A stretch of 63,870 bases of DNA, filler included, from Porpidia crustulata (Eukaryota), in NCBI GenBank assembly GCA_964255105.1. It is 12 parts of 12 records of this genome, joined end to end, with 100 filler letters (N's around TTAATTAATTAA, not from the genome) between each part and the next. Parts side by side here need not be neighbours in the genome. Positions count along the whole stretch, not along the records: positions 1 to 5,252 come from CAXUWE010001870.1; positions 5,353 to 10,603 come from CAXUWE010001871.1; positions 10,704 to 15,952 come from CAXUWE010001872.1; 9 more parts are not named here. One strand, given 5' to 3'. A program made the position numbers and the translations under genes. The first letter of the stretch is position 1. Every line of letters starts with the position of its first letter. Below, in pieces: positions 1-13,840 of the stretch. The notes beneath the pieces were generated by a model. It was not told the DNA's origin and did not search any database. It saw nothing but the letters and a program-made list of their open reading frames with translations.

Positions 1-1174
1 CCACAAATCCCCGCTCTCTCACAGCCCCCACGCTCCAGGCCTCGGAAGCGACTGCAGCAGCGAGATTGGATGCAAAAATTTACAACGATGAGATTGCGAT
101 AAATCTGGATCGCTGAAGGAAAAACAAGAGAAAGTGGGCTTTGGATAGGGCTTTACGTATGGCACGAAGATTCGGGATAACGAGTCATCGAGAGGCGGAG
201 ATACGTATCTAGCTGTGGTGACCGGATGTTTAGTGATGTGAGTGCCTTGACGACAGGGTGTAGATGTTGTTTGGAATGGTGTACCGGCACCGAAAGGGGG
301 TGTGTGCCTCCCTCGACCTATCATCAATACTCTTCGACTCTCTATATCTTTTTATATCCATATAGATCATCATTTTGATTGAGAAATTTTCTGACTTCAG
401 ATCTGATCAAATCCTACTGTTCTATTCATACGCTTCCTGGGTAGACTTTAGGATTGTCGCAGGGTGCACCACCAGCGTAGAGCCTTGGAATTGAGCTTAG
501 CTCCAAGGCTTTTGACCTTCATATACCTCTTTACTCGCTATGTCCCGACCAGACAATATGGACAATCGTCTCTGCCACCCCCCCCATCATCTCTGTGTAT
601 GTCTACCCCAACCCTCTAGAAAGATTGGAAAAAATGTTGGCATAATGTGAAGGTCGACGGCCGTTTAACACCTTGGAGCGTCCGCCATTCTTCCTTGCTC
701 GCTGGCTGAGTCACGACGCTCGAGGGAATCTTGAGGCAACTCAAAGGTTGAGAAAGACAGAGCGAGAGAAGGACAGTGGCGAGCATGTCAAAAACCCAAA
801 CAGGCACCAAAATCAATACAAGTCACGCGTTTGTTGTAATAAAATTTTCAGTGATGACGCGCTCGTACAAAGATAATAACAATGGTCAATTGGGTCTATC
901 TACCATCCGACCAACCAGCCAACTCGCCGTGCTTGCCCGATCCAAACCACGGCAGCTGCGAGATCACTGTACACATTACCACTGCTTGACCGCACTATTT
1001 TCCGCCGGGTACCAGGGCGCACCACTGGCGGAGACGCCTAGAATAGCTGGTCCAGAAAAAAAGGTGTCACTATGTACGCCATTTTCTAGATATGAGAGAA
1101 ATTATACACAGTGTGGGAATTCCCCCGTCCAATCCAATGCCCATTTTGCCTTTGTGTACCCACCTTGCTTTAAT

Positions 1175-4100
1175 TCAAGTTTCAGGGTAGTAGAGTTCCT
1201 GCAACTCCTGCTTATTGTCCAGTTTCTTCAATTTCCACGAACTCTTCTTGCTCTCGCGCTTCTTCTTCATCTCTTCCCAACCTTCGTCGTCATCATCGTC
1301 ACTGGCGACCTTCCTACGCAATTGTACAGCTCTCAGGTTCGACGACATAGTGCTCTTTCGATTACTGTCCGATGGTTGCAACATTGTGGATGCCCTCGAG
1401 CTTGGTCTCGGTTGTTCGTCGATGGGTGCTATCGAAACGGGCCTGTATCGTGTTGGCATTCCCACGTTACTCCTTTCGGAAGGCGCAATGGAAGGGGCGT
1501 ACCCTTGACCACCCATCATTATGCTTGGTGCTACAGAGTTCCTCTGCGTTTGGCCTGGCCATTGCGACATCGTCGGCATCATGCTCATCGCCCGTTGTTG
1601 TGCTTGGACTACACCTGGTGAAGCGGGCGCAGAGTGCGACATCGGCCTAGGCAGTTGACCGGGTGGAGTCAGAAATCCGTTGCCCATCACTGTTTGCTGT
1701 TGTGGGAGCATGAGCTGCGGTGGCGGCGGTCCCATTTGTTGGCCTTGGCCTTGGCCGCCTCCAGCCATCATTTGTTGCATCTGCTGCATCCATTGCATTT
1801 GCATTTGCATCATTTGTGTCATCTGCTGTGACATTTGAACCTGGGCTTCGTCTCCTGGAGTCATCATGCCCGGCATACCCATCTGAGACATGCCTTGAGG
1901 AAGGGGAGAACTCCAACCAGCATTAGCATTGGGGCTTCCTCTTCGTATGGCTTTCGCTCGTTCTTCGCCAGCGATGACCCCTACAAGACCTCCAGGATGT
2001 ACACTGGGCGAGGGGGCTCCATAGACTGATCCTCCACCGTTCCGTGGGGCTTCGCGGTTCGATGAATTGACCAAACCTGCGCCAAAATAAGGGTCAGATG
2101 GTAGATGCCTGGCAAATGGTGGCAGGCCCGGTGGTCTTCCAGCTATAGATGTACCTGCCGAGGACATCGGAGGTGGCGGATATGATTCGCTGGTATATTT
2201 GATGGGACCTGAGCCGAAAGTGCCGGCTGTTGGTGGTCTGTTTTTGGTAGGGAACCCATGAGCTGCGAGGATCCCCAATGGCACATCCTCGTCCTCATCG
2301 TCACTAACCCTTCCTCCGGGCGCCCTTTCAACATTGAATGTTGGTGGAGTACCTCGGTCTGCGAGATTTGGTGTGCTCATACTTGCTCTTTCCATCCCTG
2401 GCCGCAAGGCAATATGTGGTAAGTCTGAGGGCTGCTCTCCTGTTACCTTCATCATTTGTTGTCGATACACTGCAAGATGCGCTTCCTGCTTTCGCCTCTC
2501 TCTAGCTATCTGCCTGTTGCGCTCTGTCTCATCGTCGTCGTCATAATTATCGCTGTCTTCATCAGACGCTTGGCTCTTTGATGCATTACTCTTTGTACGT
2601 GTCATTTCCTGTTCTTTTCTGTATCGCTCGAATTGTGCAGGTGTCATGACTTTCTTCCGGGGAGCTTGCCTATATGACTGTTGGCCTTCTTGGCGAGGCG
2701 CAGCTATCCTTGCAGATGTTGGTTGGAAGTCGTCAAATAACCCCTGCTCTTCAGGCGTGACCATGTCAAGCTTTCTCGCCCGAGGCGTCGTCTCTGTAGA
2801 ACCTATTTGCCAATTGGAGCTTTGAAATTCTGAATCACTGCTGTCGAACGACGCCACCGGAGGGGCCTGCCTACTCCCTCCGTATTGGGTGTGGTCAGCT
2901 TCACCCCTGTCCTCTTTTGAAGAGTTTTGCTCCGCAGATAAGCGATTTAGTCTCCGGCTCGCACTAACAGAGTCCATGACAAGCCTAGCATCTTCGTCTT
3001 TGTAAGGGGCGGAATCTCGACGTGACATGTATGCACTGCTTCTTCGAAGAGCTGACCCGGTCACAGATGGGGGACGTTGCTGCCTTGTTCGACCGGAAGG
3101 ACTGGTGGAATCGGGCACAGGCTTGCGTGAGGGTGTCTGTGGCGGCGGACCATGTCGGGGCACTGGAGGGCTGTTGTTGTACCTTGAATTATAGCCCGCT
3201 GCCGTTGGGCTTGCAGACGACATCAAGCCATCTTCTGAATCATGGCTACTCCAGGAGTACGGTGAAGATTCCACTTGCCGAGTTCGATCGATCGTCAGAG
3301 GTGGAGGAGTATCCAGTGATCGTTCTCCAAAATATGATTTTGTCAGGTTCCTAGACGCTGGGGACATAGCCTCCTAATATTAGTTAGTAAGCACTAAAGG
3401 AAAGTAGCCTTTCCGGAACCAAACTTACAGGAGATTCCATCTTCGGTAAGCCTATGCCTGCTTTACTCTCGGGTATTTGGCTTTTCCTCTTGCCAATACT
3501 CTCGAACATGCTCCCCAAACCATCAAGGTCTGAATCCCCAAAGTCCATATCTCCGCCGAGCAGTTTTGGAGGCGTTGCCGTGCTTCCACTGGCATAACTG
3601 CTCTCCGTCAATGCCCGTTCGCGGCCAACGTATTGGTACTCCTGAGCGTTGGCAGCAATCATATCAGGTTGAGCAACGGGTGCAGGAATTGGCGATGATT
3701 CGGTTTTCCTTCTGCCAAAGGAGAATGCTCTGCCTTTAGACCGCCACGGCTGATGATGGGACTCGGGAACTGGGGGTATTGGAACATCTTGGGAACCTCT
3801 AAGATTCGGTAGAGGTTTGTCGTCGAGGGGAGCATCTGTTGAAGAAGGCAAAGTGGATGAGGAGCTGAAACGAGCCGAAGCGGACGAATTATCATTTTGC
3901 CCGCCGCTTGAAGATGAATTATTGGTACCGCCGCTACCACTGGAGTATATTAATATCTCTCACGATGATGAAGCGAGCCGCAAGGACATACCGATTATGA
4001 GGATTAGCGTCAGCTTTCCTGTTAACAAAGATATTATCCTCCAACGAATGACCGGCGCTGAGCGGCCGTCCCACGCTCATGCGCTTCAAGGTTTCTCCAC

Positions 4101-4227
4101 CATCGAAAGATTTGCTGCTCGGTCGCTCAAAGACACGGAATGACGGTTCCGGGGGATTTGGGAGCTCTTCGAGCGCGTTGCCGGACGCTTTCCTACGTGG
4201 AAAGCCTTTGGGTAATTTGATAGGCAT
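1175..4227 (-). CDS. Conserved fungal hypothetical low-complexity (Ser/Pro/Gln/Met-rich) protein, 3 exons (4227-3992, 3939-3429, 3373-1175), ~981 aa
   Basis: Three ORF-track pieces join in frame via introns 3991-3940 (GTATGT..CAG) and 3428-3374 (GTAAG..TAG). N-terminus MPIKLPKGFPRRKASGNALEE, KKVMTPAQFERYR, QM-rich tract. Confidence 0.8.
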
Positions 4228-5252
4228 TCAGGCAAGCTCCCACACAACCCGAATTCTTCTCGACGGCTATATGGTCTGACGGATGAGCAAGTGAAAGGCC
4301 AGCTTACAATGCCGTATGAGACTATGACAAGTCAATGAGTGACGGCTAGCAGTATGTTCTTCTGGTGCTCGAATATGGTGTCCAGCGTGATCAAACTGTA
4401 GGTCTCTCAGCTCTCGGTCTCCACCAAATTGGCCTTATTGTTCTCGTTGTTCACGAGTTCTATCGCATCATCGGCGAAGCGGCGAAGTGCAGACGCACGC
4501 AACCGAACGGGAACGCAGGATTTTGTTATTGGCTTTCGGTAGAGTTTCCGAGAGCGTGTTGACTGTATGTTGATATGGATATGAGAATGACTGGTTGCTT
4601 GAAACCTTAATTTGGTTGCTGGTGGTACAGTGGAAGGCGGCTTGCGTCGTTGCTGTCTGACAAGAAAGGCTCAACGAGCGACTTGTAGGGATTGGTGAGA
4701 GAAGATGTACGCGGCGATGTGTAACGAATGTTATATTTCAATGTTAGGCAATCGATACATGCTGGCTTGTATGGCAGTCAATAATGCTCAATTTGCAATG
4801 ATGTTGGTGGTTTTGCAGTGTTCCTTCTGAGATTGTGGTGGTTGGAGTGAAGGCTTCGTAAGTACCAAAATAGCTCTCTGCAGGTCAACAAACTAGAAAG
4901 GATGTGAGATCGACAGGGGTGGGAGGGAAGCACGAATTTCTCCGATCTGCGACGGGAACAACAGAAATGATAGACTGTAGAATAGAATAAATGAGCATCT
5001 GTAGAAGCGAATGGAAAGGCCTTGGACACCCGACGGGCGATGGCAAGGAAGACTCATGAAACGTGTCAGGTCAGCCAGCGTAGGTAGGTAGTCTCTGACG
5101 GAAAGCTCCCAATTTTAATGATTTTCTTCAAGGCCATTCTCCCCCAACGCACCGTAGCACTAAACAGGGTCTTACTAGTACTCTAACTGGAAATTTGTAG
5201 CTTAGAAGTGCAAGGTAACGGGAGCAGGGGAGCCGAGCAACCGAGAGAGGGG

Positions 5253-5352
5253 NNNNNNNNNNNNNNNNNNNNNNNNNNNNNNNNNNNNNNNNNNNNTTAA
5301 TTAATTAANNNNNNNNNNNNNNNNNNNNNNNNNNNNNNNNNNNNNNNNNNNN
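5253..5352. other. Artificial contig-joining spacer (N44-TTAATTAATTAA-N44); identical spacers at 10604-10703, 15953-16052, 21299-21398, 26640-26739, 31980-32079, 37312-37411, 42634-42733, 47950-48049, 53260-53359, 58567-58666
   Basis: Eleven identical 100-nt blocks. The TTAATTAATTAA core gives stops in all six frames. Segment lengths decrease monotonically. Confidence 0.99.
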
Positions 5353-6220
5353 ACTTAAAGCCCCACGCCAGGATCTGCACAGATCTCAATCTCAGCCGCG
5401 GCGATCAGAACCAAAAGCTACCGGCTCCCCAAGAAGGTATCGTCCAATTTCGACAGGAGGTAATCGTTCTCCGGCATCGCATCCTCGATGGAAGAAGGGT
5501 GCTGGGGGTTGAATCACAACGTGGAATCTCTAGCGGGTTGCCGGCTTGAGAGCTGGACGCGTTTGTGTGGGGCTTCCTCGTTGCGGATGAAGGGAATCTG
5601 TTGGGTAGCTGTTGCTTACCTTACGGTTGAAGGAGTCACTCTACTTGAAATTTCGGCAATCGCTGTGGCTTTCCGCACGTGGCTGGGGTCCACTCGTCTG
5701 GGCATCTTTGCAGTCGTTGGATTCTTGGGCATGAGGCTGGGTAGTATATGTATCTTCGACGTCTGCAGCTTTGTGAGTCAAATGGGCTGGCTCTTCCGAA
5801 TTCATGTTGAAAGCAGGTCCCGTATACTAGCATCGAGGGTGCCAATTTGGTTACTTAAATATTTGTAACATATGGCGAATTTGATATTGGCAGTACTCAT
5901 AGCCATTATTGATTCCACAATAGCTTGATATTCGCCCTACCCCGAGTTGTGTGTTTCATGTCCGTCATGATATAATGGTTTTCGTTCAGTGCTCACGGCA
6001 TTTTGGATATTGGAAATTTTGAAGGTGTACCAAGTAGGCCGTCCAAAGGCTGCTTTAAAATTTGTGTTGTAATCTCGACTTGGTGGTTCAATGGCCCAAT
6101 ATACATGGACCACTTAACACCACGTTAACGGTGTGGCTGAACGGCTACCTGTGTAAATTTCGCCTCGAGAGTCAAGTTTCAGAATTATTCCATTTAACAA
6201 GAGGAGAGCCGACGACTTGA

Positions 6221-7930
6221 TCCCAGCTAGAATGGAGAGAAGAGTTGAGCAGGATAGGTAGCAACCTTCCCACACAAGAAATTAAAATGACTAGAATATA
6301 TAGAAAAAGAATCGGAATGCTGCTCGATAAGCAGACGAGAGAAGAACAGGAAAATGCGCTGACGAAAATACGCGTCGTGTAGAAATGGATCCGAGCTTCA
6401 AATCGACTTTCAGCAGAAGCCGGCCTTTCTTCCAGCCTGAATGACTATCTTTAGACTGAGCAATGTTCCAATCATATTTCTGCCTTCAACAAACAAAGTT
6501 CATACGGTCTCGGTATGCTCTGTTTACAGTTGCTTGAGCTTTTGCAGAACTTGTGCATCCAAATCAATCGCATAATCGATTTATTAACCTTAGGAAAAAA
6601 TATGAGTAGCGCGGCGTTCGGTGTGTCTCGAATGTCAAAATCGTACGGATTATACATGTATATACCCCAATATGATAGCATTATGTGCTTTCTAGGAATG
6701 ACGGACAAAGAGTACCCAGATAAGGATGTCTATACACGCGGAGGACCGCTTGCCGCGGCCGCGGTGATACGCTCCTTATGAATAGATAGCCGCGGTCCTC
6801 GAGCGAGCGAGCATTTATCTAATCGCATCAAGTCAATCACAAAGTTAAGGTGTGTAAGATGTTCAATACACGTGGAGCGGAGAGCGACAAGGGAAAGACC
6901 CTTCCAAATCACGGGTCTGCGTAGTACCCATAGAATATTCTGCTCAAGACGGAGTGCACAATAGAGCGCTTATACATATTGATCGTGCGAGTCCTTAAAA
7001 GGAGAATACGCTCACATACTAGGAGATCTCTAGGCTCGTAATATCTCTGCTAGAAATGACCATGATAATCATCTCACCATCTCTTTCGGGAAATAATATA
7101 GCAATACGGCTTGGGAACCTTGATGTCCAATTGGAGGCCTTGTCTTCTAGCTTTCTCAAAGATCTGAACCAAGCTCAAACAAGTGGTATGATCGATCCAA
7201 AACTGGGGTTCCAAACTAGGCAAGAAGCACTTCACCACGTAAGAGAGTCCTAGTTGCTCGAATATATTACCACACGATCCGCTGCCGATGGATCTGAATC
7301 TTTGAGAGTCTTCGTTGGCTTGGACTCCTTGGTAGAATAGGAGTTATATTATTTCTTCTTGGAACTTGCCACGAGAGTTTGGATATAATAGGAGCTAAAG
7401 ACAAGACCGAAGAAGGGCATCTACTGGCAGCGCAAATGCCACCATAATTGGAAGACCTGATCGTATCAGATATTTGTTTTGGATGGCCATAAGACAATTC
7501 AAAGTAAAACCAGAGGTTTGTCTGTCGGAAAGCGCTCCGGATCCCAGAGCTTTCGTGTTATTACACTTATTCTCGAGCGTATGATCATCTTGTGGCCTGA
7601 TGCTCTAACACCTGGCGATACGGAAAATGTGCTGGTAAACATGACACCAAGATTTGTCATTCAATTTCGAAGGTGTGCTTTGTGCAGCAAGCCTCATGCA
7701 CCTTATATATAATTTGTCGGATATAATGAGCTGAGTAGATGAGACTCGACGATTTCCACCTACGAAGCCAATTTCATCACATAACCCAAGACTTGCAGCA
7801 ACCAGCGGTGACAGAAAGAACTCCGGATTATGGGTCACCTTATGGACCATCTTTGTCGACGCTGCCGAACGCATATGTCGAAGAAAATTTCGCAAAGCCC
7901 GTGAAGCGAGAGGAGTTCGGATATGCTTGA
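6221..7930 (+). pseudogene. Decayed gene remnant of unknown family
   Basis: The frame of ORF 6515-6781 stays nearly open from 6221 to ~6960, broken only by TAG 6380, TAG 6452 and TGA 6779. A second near-open frame runs ~6860-7390 with isolated TAA/TAG stops. The 3' limit is uncertain. Confidence 0.4.
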
Positions 7931-8604
7931 TTCACAATGACTGGAAAATTGCATTTGGGGTTTTGTCAATGGGTTAAGGAGAGAAGGAAGTGTCAATCTG
8001 CAGATAGGCGCATAAAAAGGCTGATCTAAGGATGAAGTGTACGATATGAGATAAGTCGCTATCGCAGGCCAAAAGCTTCGAGAGTGGCAAGACCAGATGT
8101 CATAATAGTAAGCTCCATTTTGATGGCACCGAACTTAGCTTGAGAAGATTTGCCGTGCCTTGATCGCTATGACCTCGCTATGTATCGGATGCTGGTAGAA
8201 AATATCAGACCTCATTGATGAGTGTATATGCAAATGAACACGGAGGTTGATCCCATAGCTCAGGTGGGTTAGTGCCGTAATAAGATACGGTACCGAAAGG
8301 TGTTAGCAATGTGATCTGTCGATAAGCCGCAGAGCTTGGTCTATGTGACCTTCCACTTGCGGAATTTCACCTCCTGCCTCTTCACAAGACCGAATAAACA
8401 TCGCTACTTGCATCATGCATCCCTACCGGTATCTGATGTGCCCTCGGTGGCGTATGGGCTGTGGGGAATCTCCAGTTCTTTCTATCCTTTTTCTCCCCGC
8501 TGTCATAGCTTCTAGTACGTTCAAACGAAGAGACTTTGGCCTTCGCGTACATATCAATAGATTCGATGAGTTACTCATTGTTTGTTTAGTTTCCTCAATT
8601 CCTC

Positions 8605-10603
8605 ATGGCTCGATCCTGGAAAGCTCACAATCTCCCCTACTGGCTCTTCCTGTGGGTCACCGCGCTCCAATGCTCGCAATGTTTAGCTTCTCGGCACACT
8701 CCTGACGATGCCATCACGAAACGCCAGGCACCGGTACCTGCGGCCCTTGTGGACTTCCAAGTATATGAGCCAGTCCTGACTCCCTCCGGTACTGCAGACC
8801 AGTATGGCTGTGTATATACCCAGCTGCTTATGGACCATGTGTTTGCCTACAGCTATGGCATGCCATTCGTAGGCATGCGTAAACCTCCGCCAGGCATTTC
8901 ACGTATGGAAAGCTTACATTATGGCTAGGAAGCTACACACCTCCTCCTTACGACTTCAATCGAGTCACGATGAACTTTACTGTGGTCTCCAAAGGACGCC
9001 AATTTGATCGGCTGGGGCTAATGTACCTTGGAGATATCGAAGTCTTCCGGACATCAACGGCTGAACCCACTACGAATGGAATTATATGGACTTATATCAA
9101 GGAGTTGGACGAATACGACGTGCTGTGGAAGTCTCCACAAAAAATCATATTCGATCTAGGCAATTTGATCAACAATATATACACCGGATCCTTCAATGCC
9201 ACACTGACTGCCACATTCTTCACAGTTCCTGGGTCAAGGGCTGTGGCTGATGACATACTCCCAATCTCAGCACGGCTATCAGCAAATAATCAGCCGAGTG
9301 CTTTCGACGTGCCAGATCAAAACGCTTCAGTAGCTTACCAACTCCCTCAAAACATTCAGAGGGCCGTGGTCTCACTCTCTGCTTGTGGACAAGCTGCGGA
9401 GGAATTTTGGTATACGAATACATTTTCGTCCGAAGTAGATACGTTCGATGCCACTGCGGGTACGTTGTACGGATATTCGCCTTTTCGGGAGGTTCAACTA
9501 TTAATTGATGGACAATTGGCGGGTGTATCTTGGCCTTTCCCTATCATCTTCACCGGCGGGATTGTTCCGGGTCTTTGGCGGCCGATAGTAGGTATCGATA
9601 CATTCGATCTTCGTGAACACGAGATCGACGTAACTCCTTGGCTTCCTCTGCTTTGTGACGGTGCTTCACATGCGTTCGAAATTAGAGTCGCGGGTCTAAG
9701 TGATGATGGTTTGGGTCATGCAAACCTGGTTGAATCTGTGGGATCGTTCTGGATTGTGACCGGGAAGATCTTTATTTTTCTTGACAAATCTGGCTCTGTG
9801 ACTACAGGCTCCGCGCCCAAGATCAACACCCCTTTGCCTCAGATCCAGATTTCCTCAACTATCACCAAAAATGCGACAGGGGCCAATGAAACTTTAGCCT
9901 ACAATACAGCCGTTAAACGCAATATAGCAATAACATCCACAATCAAAACCTCTGACGGGCCTCAGAGGGTTTCCTGGACCCAAGATCTTTCCTATACAAA
10001 TTTCAACGACCTGACCGCTCAAGGCTTCGTCCAATTGACCACTCAATCGACCACCGGTGTCGACGAATCCTCTAGCACCTACGCAAACACTTACAGCTAC
10101 CCTTTGAATGTCACTTCCTCCTTCTCAGTCTCTCCCACTGGTGACCTTGGCCTCAACGCCACCCTCTCGCGTGGCCTTGATTTCAATGTTTTCGGACCCT
10201 CTGTTTTTCCCTCGGGGATCCAAAACTTCAACATCTCTTCCCCCGCTACCTTCAGCACGCAAGCCCAATCGCCAAACTCGATAGAACTGCCCAAGGGACT
10301 ACCCAAATTCAGCGGCGCACTCCTCTCCACCACCCAAGTTGCCAGCGCCGAATACCTATCCGCGGGTAACCGCTCCTACAGCTTCGGCACTACAGAGCAG
10401 GATTTCGATTTCAAAGGCGCGGAACTCGGGTCTACTGCGACGTACGAGCTTTACCATCGGCACGTCAAGGCAGTCAATGCGACTATTACCGAGGATGCGC
10501 AGACGCTGGCAGGGCAGACATTTGGGGTGCCTGCGGCGCCAGGGGGACAGAGTGCGCCGATGCCTGCGATCGAGGGGTTCAGTGTTCGGGCGGTGTTGGG
10601 GAG
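8605..10603 (+). CDS. Peptide-N4-(N-acetyl-beta-glucosaminyl)asparagine amidase A (PNGase A family), secreted; 3' end cut by contig end
   Basis: Signal-peptide-like N-terminus. Motifs SYGMPFVG, GRQFDRLG, EVFRTSTAEP, EEFWY, PFREVQLLIDG, FTGGIVPGLWRPIVGIDTFDL. Intron ~8873-8928. Confidence 0.9.
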
Positions 10604-11229
10604 NNNNNNNNNNNNNNNNNNNNNNNNNNNNNNNNNNNNNNNNNNNNTTAATTAATTAANNNNNNNNNNNNNNNNNNNNNNNNNNNNNNNNNNNNNNNNN
10701 NNNAATGGGGGGGTTGCGAGTGTGTGGGTTTTCCTGTTACATTTGATTTTATTGGCTGATTGGAATTTTGCGTAGCATTTGGAGCTCGGATTTCAGCAGA
10801 ACCCACTTCATCGAATCATAACGCTCATCTCAAACGAACAGCTCCATGTCGATACGAGCCCTTCTTCTGATTCCAGCATTGTTTCTTTTCTCTCTCATAC
10901 GCAACGATAAGTCGATGTAACCGTATCAGCATGAGGGTATCTAGCAATACATATCTGGGCCTACCGACGGAATATCAAATATAGGAGCTTCTTATTACAC
11001 TGCATCATTGCATTTATCCGGCCATGACTGAAGGGTCAAGTGAAGGGCTCTCAATAGAGGATTTAGCTCCCCTGCGTGTAGGAATCACACATACACGTAT
11101 CTATGCACCGCCACTATCTAAGCCATTCTAACAGATATGCACACGCCATGAAACTGGATACAGCTGAATGCAAAGACGTACACTGAGAGGCCAAGACCTT
11201 TGCAAATATGCAATTTGTCACATCTCCAC

Positions 11230-12820
11230 TCAGAGCCATACAATTACCCCCATCAGTACCCCCGCCAATCCCAGAATCATCCCGCCGACCTCACTTCCTC
11301 CACTCGCCGGCGCGGCTCCTTTCGTCGGACTCGGCGACGCCGCACTCCCGGTTGTACTTCCTCTTGTGGTGGCGCTTGCGGATGCAGCGGCAAGATCGAG
11401 CGTCTGACCCAAACTAGGTAGCGGTGCCTTTGGATCGACTGCCCACCCGCTGGGCGTAGACAGTGGACACGCTACAGCGGAAAGAGCTGTGGCGGATGCG
11501 GAATAGGTAGAGAGTTTGACGCCGGTGGGTGAGAGAGTGGACCACTGGGCTTTGAGATTGCTGTAATCGGGGGACATGGGGGTGGGGGTACCGGAACGTG
11601 GATAGCCATCCAAGGCCGCTGTTGCGGTGGTGGGATCCACCTTAGGTCCTATTACAGAGGATCAGTATACAGGACAGTACAGTACTAATAGGGCCTCCAA
11701 TTTAGAGGGAGCATACCATAATTGACTAACCCGTATTCGTTAGCTTCCTGTATCCATTCATAAACGACAGCACCTGACCAGGTGTTGGACATGTTCTGCC
11801 CGAATATGGAGGATTGGTCGGTAAAGAGCCTTGGTTGTGGTTTTCTGCAACCAGTCTCCGAGATGAAGATTGGGATATTGAGATTGGTCGCATTTTGCTC
11901 AAGCATAGAATACCCGGAACCATCGTATGACGAGTCGCCGCACCATTCATAGACATTCAGGGAGAAGAAATCAGATATGCCGGCTGCGTCTCCGCAAGCC
12001 ATGTAATTCTGGAGCATAGGTCGAAGCTCAGGGATGTCAGCTACCATGGATTAGCATTACATCAAGAACGACAATTAAAGAATGGTACCAGCAGAGTAAC
12101 CTATTGGGATCTTGCGGTAGTTCTTCGAATCCCGATAGGCCTTTACGTCCCTCACAGCCGCCTTCACATAAGGAGCAACGATTGAAGCGTTTGCTACAAA
12201 ATGTATGTCAGCAAAGGTGGCTTTGTTCGCGCATGAAGACCAACCTTCAGTGAGTACCTCGTTGCCAACAAAGACACCCGCAGTATTATCGTATCGCTGG
12301 AATTCGTCCAAAACGCCATTGAATGCTGTAAGTTGAGACTGAGTCCATGCCGTATTATTCTGGAGAGGACGGTCAACTATCCATAGTGCTGTGACAAGTA
12401 AGAGGGTCTTATACGGGATCAATTTGGGATGTGAAGGTATCCAAATCTACAAAGAGGTAGATTCCCTGGGCTTCGAAGGCGCTCATGCAGCCACTATGGT
12501 CTTGTGTTGGATCGACGTGATACACTCGAATCGCGTTCGCTCCCAAGTCTTTCATCTGCTTTGCATCGAGTGCACATTGAGCTTTGTCAAGAAGCGGGTC
12601 GAGGGAGGTGAGCTGATAAGCCACGCCTGGAATTTATGATCAGCAAATGCCGGCTAGTATATCTATCAATTCAAGACTCGCCTTTGATGAAGAACTGGTT
12701 CCCATTGCCATCGAAGAATTTCGAGCCAACTGCAGTGATATGTGGGAGACCTACGCCAGTACAGAGGGTGACGATTGTTGCCGCAAAGACGACAGCGAAT
12801 GTAAGTAGTCTTGAGTGCAT
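11230..12820 (-). CDS. GH72 1,3-beta-glucanosyltransferase (Gel/Gas family), GPI-anchored, multi-exon
   Basis: Signal peptide from ATG 12820. Motifs FFIKGVAYQ, LGANAIRVY, FVGNEV, IPIGYSA, NVYEWCG, IFISETGC, WSGAVVYEW. Ser/Thr-rich tail and hydrophobic GPI signal. Confidence 0.93.
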
Positions 12821-13840
12821 TGTGGCTCAATTGGACGGAAGAAGTGATTATGAATTGTAGATTAATACTGCCAATGCGTCGTTGAGTAGAATGGAAGTGG
12901 AATCAGGTAGTCAATGGTCGTGTTCTCTCTGAGCCTAAAGAGGAAAGCACGATACAGTGAACGAAAAGAAAGACTAGCTCCTTAACGAACGACGAGAGAG
13001 AGCCCCCAAGCGCGACACAGAGACAAGAATGAGAAAAGTTGATGAAAGTAACACGAAGCAAATTTGAGAAATTCCCAGATCTTCAGATAACAATTACGGG
13101 GAGATCCTCCATGGATCATGCGTTTGATCTCGTGCAGTAGCCTCCGCTGATAAGCCGCGCCATAGACAGATAACGGACTGCTGATGTAACAGCAGGCAAC
13201 GATTGCACAGAAGTCTGTTGCTGAAGTACACGGCGATTGAAGCATCACTAGATCCCATCGGCTCTACACCCTTTGCTGGACGTCTAGGGGGTTGAATAGT
13301 TTGTTTAGGTTGCGCAAGCAGAGAGCCTATGGCGATCAGCCGAAGCCCCGCATCAGACCCATGCGACAACTCGGGGGTTAAAGTACCTCTGCGGCCAAGC
13401 ACAGATATGTGATGCACCGCTGTGATAACAATAAGTACGAAATACCACCTGGAGGGTATGCTACTGACAGACTTCATACATGAAGGTATCGGTGACAAGA
13501 ACCTACTCGTGCAGCAACCCACGCGATATGGATTATCCTACTGGTTTCCGACAATCAAGAACTTGTTTTATCTAATCGATAGCGTGCCACTCCCCGCATT
13601 GGCGCCAAACAGGTTCGAGTCCTCGATTCCTTGTACACAGCGTGACAGCATAACACCAATATCAACATCACGACTTTCACCTGAATCACTTGGGCAATTT
13701 CTAAAAGCTCGCTTCGACACTAGTGTATTGCTGTCATTCATGTCCAAGGCTTTCAAATTTCGAAGATATTATAAAGTCGAATTTGGACCCATTTGTACCT
13801 TATCACTGTTCGATAGGGCAATAGGCATTACTGAAGTCCC

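Noticed and set aside
481..510. 9-bp hairpin AGCCTTGGA/TCCAAGGCT
   Set aside because: Isolated, with no supporting context; compatible with chance in 64 kb.
776..1621. 281-aa plus-strand ORF and similar long antisense ORFs (44454-45293, 46615-47511, 23508-24419, 51232-51795)
   Set aside because: Shadow or off-frame ORFs overlapping well-supported genes, with no recognisable motifs.
5353..5375. ACTTAAAGCCCCACGCCAGG resembling part of fungal 5S rRNA
   Set aside because: Short imperfect match; the following sequence does not continue the 5S pattern.
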